Shown here piece after piece: positions 26,943-35,284 of a DNA stretch of 50,965 nucleotides. Both the position numbers and the translations under genes were made by a program. Numbering within the stretch: position 1 is the stretch's first letter; every line of letters begins with the position of its first letter. A model generated the notes under the pieces. The model saw nothing but the letters and a program-made list of their open reading frames with translations. It was not told where the DNA came from and made no database searches. This DNA comes from an uncultured bacterium (GTDB taxonomy: Bacteria; Verrucomicrobiota; Kiritimatiellia; RFP12; UBA1067), in the NCBI GenBank assembly GCA_902803135.1, contig CADCPA010000133.1:1-50965 (forward strand). The letters are read 5' to 3'.

Positions 26943-28022
26943 CTATTTGGCGAAGGCGGAGGCCTTTTTGACCAGCTGGAGATAGCGCACGACGTCGACG
27001 ACGTCGTCGAGGGCGACGGGGAACGGCGCGGCCGTGCGGATGGTTGCGTAGAGGGCGCGCCAGAAGGCCGCGGCGCCAAAGTCGGCGCCCTCCGGCAGCT
27101 TGACCGGCACGTCGACCACGGGAATTTCCTCGTGCATGTCGGCCAGGGCGGGCGTTCGCACGCTGGACCGCCGCCGCGGGAAGCGGAACGCGGGGTCGAT
27201 GATGTGAAGCCGGCCTTCGGTGGCGCCGCGGGGAACGGAGATGCTGCCGCGCGTGCCGCGCAGGACGAACGCCGGCGAGTAGGGGGCGAGCTGGCCGCCG
27301 CAGAGCTCGATGTCGGCCGTGACTTCCGTGCGCGTCTTGAGAATGATGTGGGCGAAATCCTCGGCGTCGCCGAGCGAGGCGACGCGCTTGAGTTCGCTCC
27401 AGAGTTGCGAGGGCCGCGTCCGCAGGAGCATCATGGCCTGGAGCACGGCGTCGGTGCCGGCGTACCACGTGCAGCCGCCGAGACAGCGCTTCACGCTTTG
27501 CCAGTCGTCGCGGCGGATGAAATCCTGATGGGCGACGCGGACCTCGAAGAGATCGCCGAGGCGCTTGTCGTCAAGCGCGGTCAACGCCAGGCGGAATTCG
27601 GGCGAGAAAACCCCCGGCGTATAGGCGAAAAGCTTGCCACGCGCCTTGATGGAGGCCGCCTGGAGGAGCTTGGCGTCGTCGGAGGTGACGGCGAGTGGCG
27701 TTTCGACGAGCGTCCATTTGTTGCGGCGCAGGGCCGAAAGCGCGGTCTGCACGTGGTCGGGCGTCGGAAGGGCGATGTCGAAGACGTCGATTTCCGGGTC
27801 GTCGAGCATGTCTTCGACGCGGCGGTAGGTGCGGAGATTGGGAAAATCTTTTTCGACAAGGTCGCGGCGCTCCTTCAGCAGGTCGCATACGGCGACGACG
27901 CGAAAGAGATCCGGCAGCGCCTTGAGCGTCGGGAGATGGTCGAAGAATGCGGCACGGCCCAACCCCGCAATGCCGATGCGGAGAGGCGGCCGTTGGGCGC
28001 CGTTGGTAGTTTCGTCTGCCAT
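26943..28022 (-). CDS. Gfo/Idh/MocA-family NAD(P)-dependent oxidoreductase
   Basis: Track ORF trimmed to ATG28022 (MADETTNG). Rossmann N-terminus LRIGIAGLGRAAFFDHLPTLKALPDLFRVVAVCD, as is typical of the family. Confidence 0.75.
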   Translation of the reverse strand: MADETTNGAQRPPLRIGIAGLGRAAFFDHLPTLKALPDLFRVVAVCDLLKERRDLVEKDFPNLRTYRRVEDMLDDPEIDVFDIALPTPDHVQTALSALRRNKWTLVETPLAVTSDDAKLLQAASIKARGKLFAYTPGVFSPEFRLALTALDDKRLGDLFEVRVAHQDFIRRDDWQSVKRCLGGCTWYAGTDAVLQAMMLLRTRPSQLWSELKRVASLGDAEDFAHIILKTRTEVTADIELCGGQLAPYSPAFVLRGTRGSISVPRGATEGRLHIIDPAFRFPRRRSSVRTPALADMHEEIPVVDVPVKLPEGADFGAAAFWRALYATIRTAAPFPVALDDVVDVVRYLQLVKKASAFAK

Positions 28023-28104
28023 GTTGACTCCTTTAGACGCGGTTGACACCGAAATTCTGCGTATTTGTCGCACTTTCTTGAAATTCATTCCGCCAGCAAA
28101 GGTG

Positions 28105-28133
28105 ATTCTACATCAATTTCGCATGATTGTCAA
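28105..28133 (-). promoter_or_regulatory. Near-consensus sigma-70 promoter (TTGACA - 17 nt - TAGAAT) for the minus-strand Gfo/Idh/MocA operon
   Basis: The reverse complement of 28105-28133 reads TTGACAATCATGCGAAATTGATGTAGAAT. It is about 83 nt upstream of the ATG at 28022. Confidence 0.45.
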
Positions 28134-28152
28134 CCTCGTTATACGCGGAATT

Positions 28153-28161
28153 TGGTATACT
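28153..28161 (+). promoter_or_regulatory. Extended -10 element TGGTATACT upstream of nadB
   Basis: TTTGGTATACT at 28151-28161, about 20-25 nt upstream of the nadB start. This implies a very short leader. Confidence 0.4.
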
Positions 28162-28185
28162 ACTGTCTGTAAGGAGCAAATGGAT

Positions 28186-29790
28186 ATGCGGATTGTGGAT
28201 TGCGACTACTTCGTCGTCGGTTCGGGGATGAGCGGACTCATGGCGGCCCTCCATCTGGCGCCGGCGGGCCGGACCGTGCTCGTCACCAAGGAGAGGCTCG
28301 AGGACTGCAACTCGAACTTCGCCCAGGGCGGCATCTGCTGCGTGGCCGATCCGGCGGACACCTTCGAGGCCCATGTGGCGGATACGCTGGTCGCGGGCGC
28401 GGGCCTGTGCGACGAGCCGGTCGTGCGCCAGATCGTGGGCGAAGGCCCCGCGGCCATCCGCGACCTGGTCGACTGCGGCGTGAAGTTCGCGAAGAAGGAG
28501 GACGGCTCCTGGGATCTCGGCCGCGAGGGCGGCCACTCGATGCGCCGCATTTTCCACGCGGGCGACATCACCGGCCAGAAATGCGAAGCCGCGATGATCC
28601 GCACGCTGAAGAAGCATTCCGCGATCGACTACCGCGAACGGACGATCGTCATCGACCTCATCATCACGTCGCGCATCGGCATCAAGGGCCCGACCCGCTG
28701 CGTCGGCGCGTACGTGCTCGACAAGAAGACGAACGAAATCTACGCGATCCGCTCTCCGAACACGATCCTGGCGACGGGCGGCTGCGGCAAGGTCTACCTC
28801 TACACCTGCAACCCCGACGTCGCGACGGGCGACGGCATCGCCCTCGCCTGGCGCGCCGGCGCGAAGATCGAGAACATGGAATTCATCCAGTTCCATCCGA
28901 CCTGCCTCTACCACCCCAAGGCGAAGCGCTTCCTCATCAGCGAGGCCGTGCGCGGCGAAGGCGCCGTGCTGGTGGACCGCAAGGGCCGTCCGTTCATGCA
29001 GAACTACGACGCCCGTGGCTCCCTTGCGCCCCGCGACATCGTCGCGCGTGCCATCGACAGCGAGATGAAGCGCACGGGCGAGCCCTATTGCTGCCTCGAC
29101 ATCCGCAGGAAGGGCCGCGCGTTTCTCGAGGCGCGCTTCCCCAACATCTTCCACAAGTGCCTGGAATTCGGCATCGACATGTCGAAGGACCTCATTCCGA
29201 TCGTGCCGGCCGCGCACTACTGCTGCGGCGGCGTGCAGGCCACGGTCGACGGCCGTACCTCCGTCATGGGGCTTTCCGCCGTGGGCGAAACGGCCTGCAC
29301 CGGTCTCCATGGCGCCAACCGCCTGGCGTCCAACTCGCTGTTGGAGGCGCTCGTCACCGCGCGGCTCACGGCGCGCCGCCTGACGGCCCACCCCGAGCGC
29401 CTGACGAAACCGGTCGACATTCCCGAATGGCGCATCGGCCGTGCCGTCGAGCCGGACGAAGCCGTGCTCGTCTCGCACATGTGGGACGAAATCCGCCGCC
29501 TGATGTGGGACTACGTGGGCATTGTGCGCACGAACAAGCGCCTCGCCCGCGCGGCGCACCGTCTGAAAACGCTGCGCAGGGAAATCCGCGAATACTATTT
29601 CGACTATCTCGTCACGCCCGATACGCTCGAATTGCGCAACCTCGCAGTCTGCGCGGAGCTCATCGTGCGGAGCGCGCAGAAGCGCCACGAGAGCCGCGGC
29701 CTCCACTACACGCTCGACTATCCGCTGAAAACCTCGCGTCCCCGCCCGACGGTGCTTCCCGGCTTCCCCGCCGGTTCGGCGGCGAACTGA
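28186..29790 (+). CDS. nadB: L-aspartate oxidase
   Basis: Track ORF 27829-29790 trimmed. AAGGAG at 28171-28176 favours ATG28186 (MRIVDCDYFVVGSGMSGL); ATG28180 is an alternative. FAD-binding GSGMSG, AQGGICCV, HAGDITG, FHPT, SEAVRGEGA, GLHGANRLASNSLLE, ESRGLHY are classic NadB/flavoprotein motifs. Confidence 0.9.
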   Translation: MRIVDCDYFVVGSGMSGLMAALHLAPAGRTVLVTKERLEDCNSNFAQGGICCVADPADTFEAHVADTLVAGAGLCDEPVVRQIVGEGPAAIRDLVDCGVKFAKKEDGSWDLGREGGHSMRRIFHAGDITGQKCEAAMIRTLKKHSAIDYRERTIVIDLIITSRIGIKGPTRCVGAYVLDKKTNEIYAIRSPNTILATGGCGKVYLYTCNPDVATGDGIALAWRAGAKIENMEFIQFHPTCLYHPKAKRFLISEAVRGEGAVLVDRKGRPFMQNYDARGSLAPRDIVARAIDSEMKRTGEPYCCLDIRRKGRAFLEARFPNIFHKCLEFGIDMSKDLIPIVPAAHYCCGGVQATVDGRTSVMGLSAVGETACTGLHGANRLASNSLLEALVTARLTARRLTAHPERLTKPVDIPEWRIGRAVEPDEAVLVSHMWDEIRRLMWDYVGIVRTNKRLARAAHRLKTLRREIREYYFDYLVTPDTLELRNLAVCAELIVRSAQKRHESRGLHYTLDYPLKTSRPRPTVLPGFPAGSAAN

Positions 29791-29796
29791 TCCGTC

Positions 29797-30366
29797 ATGA
29801 CGTCGAACGACATCTTCAACGCCACGCGCCTGGCGCACGTGCGCGAGCTCAAGGCCGAGAACGAGCAGCTGCGGGAGGAATTGGCGCGTACGCGCGCCGA
29901 GCTCGACGCCGTGCGCAGCCATTTCGCGTTGGCGCTCGAGGCCGCGCGCGATGCGGACCGCCTTCCGCCGGAGGGGCGTCTTCTGATTGTCGACGGCTGG
30001 AACGCCCTGCTGGGCAGCGTGAGCATTCTATCGGCGGAGGAAAAGCGCCAGACGCCGTCCGGAAAGGAGGCGCTGCTCGCCGCGCGCGTGCAGACCTGGC
30101 TGGCCGCACATCCGCTGGATCGCGCCTGGATCGTCTTCGACGGCGCGCATGCCGGCGGCCGCGCCGACGGACGTCTCCGCCTGTCCTTCACGGGCGGCAG
30201 GGGCGCCCATCGCGCCGACCGCCTTGTGTGCGACTATTTGCGCATGTGCCGCTTCGCCGGCGCGCGCCACACGATTCTCGTCGCGACCGAGGACAAGGAC
30301 TTCCGCCGCGACGTGCAGGCGCTCGGCGCCACGGTCGTTTCCGTCTCGACGCTGGCGGACCTTTGA
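29797..30366 (+). CDS. NYN/YacP-like (PIN-related) predicted RNase with N-terminal coiled coil
   Basis: 189 aa, 6 nt after nadB. LLIVDGWNALLGS...AWIVFDGAH...SFTGGRGAHRADRLVCDYL matches the YacP/Rae1-type NYN layout. Residues 10-45 are heptad-like (ELKAENEQLREELARTRAELDAV). Confidence 0.6.
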   Translation: MTSNDIFNATRLAHVRELKAENEQLREELARTRAELDAVRSHFALALEAARDADRLPPEGRLLIVDGWNALLGSVSILSAEEKRQTPSGKEALLAARVQTWLAAHPLDRAWIVFDGAHAGGRADGRLRLSFTGGRGAHRADRLVCDYLRMCRFAGARHTILVATEDKDFRRDVQALGATVVSVSTLADL

Positions 30367-30416
30367 AGCGCGCTTGATTGGCTGATGATGACAAACTTGA
30401 CAAGGAGGGTTGCACG

Positions 30417-31589
30417 ATGAAGAAGATGATTCTGGGCGGGCTGGCGCTGGCCGCCGCCGCCGCGGTTGGCGCCGGCACGGCGCCGGCGGGCGATATCGGG
30501 GCCGGTCAGGCCGCGATTGCGAAATGGGACCCCAACATGGCCCAGACGCACGCCGTCGTGACGAACGGCGTCAAATGGATCGACGGGGTCTATCTGCCGA
30601 TCGAGGGACGTGTCTTCGACAACGTCGAGCATTACTACGACCGCCTGCCGACGAACGTGACGACGGCGGTGAACGGCGGCGTGCGGTCGATGAAGCATCA
30701 TACCTCCGGCATGATGTTCCGCTTCACGACGGACTCGCAGCGCCTCTCCTTCAAGTGGATTCCCTACAATTCCGGTCTGTCGATGGACCACATGCCCTCG
30801 ACGGGCGTCTCGGGCATCGACGTGTATCGCTGGGACGCCGTGCGCGACCGCTGGCTCTATGTGAAGACGGGCCGCATCTACAGCGCGACGAAGGGCGGCG
30901 ACCTCTCGATCCCTTGGACGCCGAACACGCCGTGTCTCGTGAACCTGCCGCTCTACAACGGCGTCCGCCGCTTTGAGCTCGGCGTCGATCCCGGCGCGAC
31001 CGTCTCCGCCTATCCGCATCCGAGCGGCCAGACGAAGCCCGTCGTTTTCTACGGCACGTCGATCACGCACGGCGGCTGCTGCAGCCGTCCGGGCCTCGCA
31101 TTCGTAAACCGCGTCGGACGCGACCTCGACGTGCCTGTGGTGAACCTCGGCTTCTCGGGGTCGGGCCGCATGGAGTTCGAGATGAGCGAACACCTCGCCG
31201 CCATCGATGCGAGCTGCTACGTGCTCGACTGCCTCTGGAACATGAGCTCCAGCGCGCAGGGCGGTGCGACGGATCGCAGCGTGGAGGCGAATTACGAACC
31301 GTTTATCCGCAACCTGCGCGCGAAGCGTCCCGACGTGCCGATCGTGATGGCCGAGATGTGCGACGTCTACTGCGGCCCCGAAAACGCCAAGGACAAGTTT
31401 ACGCGCGCCCTCTACGAGAAGCTCGTGGCGGAGGGGTGGAAGAACCTCGTCTTCCTGCCGAAGGAACGGCAGCACGGCGACGATTTCGAAGGCACGGTCG
31501 ACGGCTGCCATCCGAACGACCTCGGCATGGCCGACCTCGCGAAAGGCTTCGGCGCCGCCGTCCGCCAGGCTCTCGGCCTCAGTCGGTGA
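30417..31589 (+). CDS. Secreted SGNH/GDSL hydrolase with N-terminal GxDLY beta-sandwich
   Basis: Start at ATG30417 after AAGGAGGG. Signal MKKMILGGLALAAAAAVGAG. GIDVY (GxDLY-type) motif. SGNH block I VVFYGTSITHGG, block II NLGFSGSG, block V DGCHPNDLG. Confidence 0.75.
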   Translation: MKKMILGGLALAAAAAVGAGTAPAGDIGAGQAAIAKWDPNMAQTHAVVTNGVKWIDGVYLPIEGRVFDNVEHYYDRLPTNVTTAVNGGVRSMKHHTSGMMFRFTTDSQRLSFKWIPYNSGLSMDHMPSTGVSGIDVYRWDAVRDRWLYVKTGRIYSATKGGDLSIPWTPNTPCLVNLPLYNGVRRFELGVDPGATVSAYPHPSGQTKPVVFYGTSITHGGCCSRPGLAFVNRVGRDLDVPVVNLGFSGSGRMEFEMSEHLAAIDASCYVLDCLWNMSSSAQGGATDRSVEANYEPFIRNLRAKRPDVPIVMAEMCDVYCGPENAKDKFTRALYEKLVAEGWKNLVFLPKERQHGDDFEGTVDGCHPNDLGMADLAKGFGAAVRQALGLSR

Positions 31590-34323
31590 GGCGCAGTTCG
31601 CCCTGGGCGCGGGCGGGCAGCGTGAGGAGAATGGCGCGGTGCTTCGCGTTGTACTCGAAGGGGACGGTTTGATTGTCGAGCGTAACCGCCCTCGGCTTTG
31701 GACTGCGTGCCACAACCGCCTTGGACGGCTTTTCGCTCCAGCAGGCGATGCGCGCGCGCCGTGCGCCATCGGCGGCCGGCAATGCCTCGGCCGAGCCGGC
31801 GATGTGCAGCAGCGACGGATGGGCGGCGTCTGCACTTGCGAGCGCGCGGAGCGAGTAGAAGGGCGCGTCGATCGCCTCGAGGAAGTTCTCCTGCACCGTG
31901 CCGGGGTTGATCGGGCACCAGTAGCGGTCCTGCTTCACCAGGTTCCATGAATCCGGCAGCAGGCCGGCATAACGCGGGTCGTCCGTCAGCGCATAGGTCT
32001 GGCGCACGCCCGAATGCGTGATGCCGACGGCGACCTTGCGCCAGAGCGGCCCGTGCGTCGGGTCGATGCGCGCGAGGTCGTAGAGCGCGGCGGAGTAGAC
32101 GAGCCCGCACCACTGCACGGGACGCCCGATCCAATTCGGCGCCACCCACTGCGTCGCGCCCATCACGGCGCAGGTTGCGTAGGTGCCGACCGGATCCTTC
32201 CCGGCCGCCGTCGGATACGTCGGCGGCACGAGATAGACGAAGGCGAGGCCGGTGTAGGCCCAGTGGCGCGCCTCGGCGAGATACTTGTCGTCGGGGCGCA
32301 GCAGATACGCGAGCGTGTAGATGCGTGTGAGGTGCGCGGAGGCCATGATGTCCGGCGTATGGAGCGGCATCTCCCACGGCTGCGCGCCGCGCGGCACCGT
32401 GCCGTGATAGCGCGCGGTGAGCTTGTCGACTACGGCGAGCGCCTTTTCGATCGCGGCTTCATCGCCGCTCCAGGTTGCCGCGCCCAGCAGCTGGTTGGCT
32501 TCCATCGCCGTGTAGCCGTTGCAGTGCGTGTCGCCGAGGGTCTCGCCGAGGTCGCGTCCGGATGCGGGCTTGTGCCAGGTGCGCGTGCCGTCCGCAAGTG
32601 TGGCGGCGAGGCGGTGCAGCTTGTCCGCCTGGCGGTCGAGATGGAGCGGCACGTCGCCGGCGACGAGCACCGGCGCCGGACGCCTCACGTGCGAAACGCC
32701 GAGGTGCGGCACGTCCTGCGGCGGAATCTGCGCGAGGATTTCGTCCGCCGTCGCGCGTAGGCGCGCGGCGAGCGGACCCTCCTTCAACTGCGCGGCAATC
32801 GTGCGCATGAGACACGGCGCATCGGCGGCTTTGCCCGCAGGGAAGGAATTGCCGTTGATCGCGTGGCGGAAGAGGCATCCGTCGCGAATGCCGGAGTCAA
32901 GCCAGCCGTAGGCGAGCGTTTCAAGCGTGGCTGTCTTGTCGACCGCGTCCGGCGGCGGCAGGGTCGGAAGATCGCGCGGCGGGATGAGCGCTGCGAGGAC
33001 GGTGGCAATGTCTGCGCCGTTGCCGGAGGCGAATTCGACCGTGTGCGAGGCGCCGTGGAAGGGTGTCGCCTGATAGATGTCGAGCGTGCTCGGATGGCGG
33101 GCGGGCCCGACGGCCGGTGCCCAGAAGGCGAGGAGGTGGCCGCCGCTCTGCAGCAGACGGTCCGGCGTGTCGAAGACGACGGCGAACGGACGGGCCACGC
33201 ACCAGTCGCGCCGGTCGGACTGGGCCCAATTGGCGGCAAACCAATGTCGTTCATCCGTGAAAGCGGCAAAGGGGGCGCTGAGATTGGTCTCGTCGACGAT
33301 CTGGCGGTTGTGTTCTGCCGTGCGAATCTCCTTGTCGTTCGAGGAGGGTTCGTCCGCGAGATATTCGACGCCGGCGAGCAGGGCCTGGTGCTTGCGGCCT
33401 TCGCTCGGGCGGTCGACAAAGAGCGTGAGCGCGGGCACATGGAGAATTTGCGCCGGCGAGTCGCCGTTCACGCCGATGGCCGTCGTGACGCGCATCCGTC
33501 CGTTCGGTCCGGGTGTGAAGGTGCGGTGCAGGGTCCAGGTCCGTCCATCGGCGTCGGTACACTGTCCGCGCGTGGCGAACCCCGGGGTGTGCGGCGCGGG
33601 CAGGGGCTGTGCTTTCAGGCGCACGGCGGACCAGTCGAGCGTCTGCACGTTGCCGGCCTTGTCGAGATAGACGAAGGGCTCGCACGGATTGTTCTCGACG
33701 GTCTTCCCATGCGACGTGTAGCGGAAGGCGCCGAGGCGGGTCGGGTCATGGTGGACCTTCCAGGTCGCTCCCGTGAGGACGAGTGGCGTGTCCGCTGGAA
33801 TGACGAGCGGCGCGGGCGGCGCGGGCTTGTAGGTCCAGAACGGCTTCACATACTCGACGCCGAGACCGGTGACGGTGAAGGTGTTCGTACCGCCGGGCGG
33901 ATCGAGGCGCAGTACGGCGGTGCCTTTGAAAAACGGCGGAAGGGGGATTTGTCCGCGGAAGGTTGTGTACGGGGCGGAGCCGACGGGCTGGAGGCGGCAG
34001 GAGTCCGCCTCGGAGAAGTTGCGGCCGGCGCAGGAGAAGAACACCTGCCAGTTGGAGGCGTCCGTCGTGGGCGCGCAGGTGACGGTGAATGCGACGTCGC
34101 GCGCGCCGTCAGGGGCGGCGGGGAGCGGCGTCGGCGGACTGACCAGCCACGGATCTTCGTCTGTCACGGTAAAGGAGAGTCCGTGGCCCGACGGCCGGAT
34201 GTCCTTCATGTGGTGCGGTCCGCCCCATCCGTGCGCGCCGGTGAAGTCGGCGATTCTCGTCTCCGCGGCGTTCAATCCCGCCGCCAGCGCCAGCCAGACC
34301 GCAAGTCCGGTAAAAGTTTTCAT
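31579..34323 (-). CDS. Secreted hypothetical protein (914 aa), possible alpha/alpha-barrel glycoside hydrolase
   Basis: ATG at 34323. Signal MKTFTGLAVWLALAAGLNAAE. GC3-rich codons. No assignable motif. Converges on the SGNH gene with an 11-nt tail overlap. Confidence 0.55.
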   Translation of the reverse strand: MKTFTGLAVWLALAAGLNAAETRIADFTGAHGWGGPHHMKDIRPSGHGLSFTVTDEDPWLVSPPTPLPAAPDGARDVAFTVTCAPTTDASNWQVFFSCAGRNFSEADSCRLQPVGSAPYTTFRGQIPLPPFFKGTAVLRLDPPGGTNTFTVTGLGVEYVKPFWTYKPAPPAPLVIPADTPLVLTGATWKVHHDPTRLGAFRYTSHGKTVENNPCEPFVYLDKAGNVQTLDWSAVRLKAQPLPAPHTPGFATRGQCTDADGRTWTLHRTFTPGPNGRMRVTTAIGVNGDSPAQILHVPALTLFVDRPSEGRKHQALLAGVEYLADEPSSNDKEIRTAEHNRQIVDETNLSAPFAAFTDERHWFAANWAQSDRRDWCVARPFAVVFDTPDRLLQSGGHLLAFWAPAVGPARHPSTLDIYQATPFHGASHTVEFASGNGADIATVLAALIPPRDLPTLPPPDAVDKTATLETLAYGWLDSGIRDGCLFRHAINGNSFPAGKAADAPCLMRTIAAQLKEGPLAARLRATADEILAQIPPQDVPHLGVSHVRRPAPVLVAGDVPLHLDRQADKLHRLAATLADGTRTWHKPASGRDLGETLGDTHCNGYTAMEANQLLGAATWSGDEAAIEKALAVVDKLTARYHGTVPRGAQPWEMPLHTPDIMASAHLTRIYTLAYLLRPDDKYLAEARHWAYTGLAFVYLVPPTYPTAAGKDPVGTYATCAVMGATQWVAPNWIGRPVQWCGLVYSAALYDLARIDPTHGPLWRKVAVGITHSGVRQTYALTDDPRYAGLLPDSWNLVKQDRYWCPINPGTVQENFLEAIDAPFYSLRALASADAAHPSLLHIAGSAEALPAADGARRARIACWSEKPSKAVVARSPKPRAVTLDNQTVPFEYNAKHRAILLTLPARAQGELRLTD

Positions 34324-34361
34324 CCCGCGTTCCTTTGTCGTTTCGCTTTCGATGCAGATCC

Positions 34362-34370
34362 ATTATACCA
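34362..34370 (-). promoter_or_regulatory. Extended -10 element TGGTATAAT (minus strand) upstream of the 914-aa secreted protein gene
   Basis: Plus-strand ATTATACCA at 34362-34370 is TGGTATAAT on the minus strand, about 39 nt upstream of the ATG at 34323. It sits back to back with the + strand element at 34423. Confidence 0.4.
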
Positions 34371-34422
34371 TCTTTGGATCGCCCTGCGGCGGAAAAGTCG
34401 AGTGGCGGCAGTCGGGGGGATT

Positions 34423-34431
34423 TGGTATAAT
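34423..34431 (+). promoter_or_regulatory. Extended -10 element TGGTATAAT upstream of the thioesterase operon
   Basis: TTTGGTATAAT at 34421-34431, 47 nt upstream of ATG34478. Confidence 0.45.
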
Positions 34432-34477
34432 GTCCAGGCGTCAATTGCGCGGGACGCGCAGCTGAAAAGGACCTCTG

Positions 34478-35260
34478 ATGGACGAAGCGTTTGGCACATA
34501 CGAATTCGACGTGCGCACCTACGAGTGCGGACCTGACGGCCGGGCCTCGCTGCCGACGATCTGCAACTATCTGCAGGAGGCGGCGAGCCGCAACGCCGAG
34601 TCGCTGAAATTCTCGAAGACGAACTTCGACGCGGCCGGCGAAAACATCTCCTGGGTGCTGACGCGTCTGCGCGTGAAGATGGACCGCTATCCCCGCTGGG
34701 AGGACCGCGCGACGGTTGCGACCTGGCCGAGCGGCGGCCGTCGCATCGTCGCCTACCGCGATTTCGAAATCCGCGACGCGGCGGGTGCACACCTCGGGTC
34801 GGCGACGAGCGAGTGGATGCTGATCGATCTCTCCTCGCGCCGCGTCGTGCCGATTCCCGGGTACGTCTTCAGCTGTGTGAACACGGCCCGCGGACGCATC
34901 CTCGGCGAGACGCCGTTCGCAAAACTGCGCTGGGAGGGCCCGGCCGAGGCGAACGCCGGCACCTTCCGCGCCAAACGCGGCGACATCGACATGAACGGCC
35001 ACGTGAACAACGTGCACTACGTCGAATGGCTGCTCGAAGGCGTGCCGGCCGATGCGGGCGTCTGCCGCGACTTCGACATCGTCTTCAAGGCGGAAACGCT
35101 CGCGGGCGAGGATGTGAACGCCGCCTGTGTCGAGCAGGCGCCGGGCACGCGCCTTCATCGGCTCTTTGCCGCCGACGGACGCGACCACGTGCTGGCGAAA
35201 ACGGAATTTGAGAGACGGCTGCCATTCGGGCGGCAGGCCGGGGGGGAGGTTGAAAGTTGA
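34478..35260 (+). CDS. Acyl-ACP thioesterase
   Basis: 260 aa. YEFDVRTYECGPDGRASLPTICNYLQEAASRNAESL...ISWVLTRLRVKMDRYPRWEDRATVATWPSG...AYRDFEIRD..G..LGSATSEWMLIDLSSRRVVPIP and a second hotdog half with DIDMNGHVNNVHYVEW, matching the PF01643-type double-hotdog pattern. Confidence 0.8.
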   Translation: MDEAFGTYEFDVRTYECGPDGRASLPTICNYLQEAASRNAESLKFSKTNFDAAGENISWVLTRLRVKMDRYPRWEDRATVATWPSGGRRIVAYRDFEIRDAAGAHLGSATSEWMLIDLSSRRVVPIPGYVFSCVNTARGRILGETPFAKLRWEGPAEANAGTFRAKRGDIDMNGHVNNVHYVEWLLEGVPADAGVCRDFDIVFKAETLAGEDVNAACVEQAPGTRLHRLFAADGRDHVLAKTEFERRLPFGRQAGGEVES

Positions 35261-35284
35261 AGGTTGAATGAAAGGGAGAGGGTT

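Noticed and set aside
28023-28135. GTTGAC(A) hexamers at 28023-28028 and 28042-28048 plus the inverted copy TGTCAACC at 28128-28135, considered as a NAD-regulator operator in the nadB divergent region
   Set aside because: The inverted copy is explained as the -35 (TTGACA) of the minus-strand promoter. The arms are about 80 nt apart, too far for a simple palindromic operator, and I know of no regulator motif that matches.
28200-30377. 725-aa + strand ORF out of frame with nadB, and similar off-frame + ORFs (587-1327, 10184-11551, 11576-12637, 32863-34536, 35416-36651, 26340-28046)
   Set aside because: These are off-frame readings of high-GC genes. Their products are dominated by Arg/Pro/Gly/Ala runs, and they overlap ORFs with strong family evidence.
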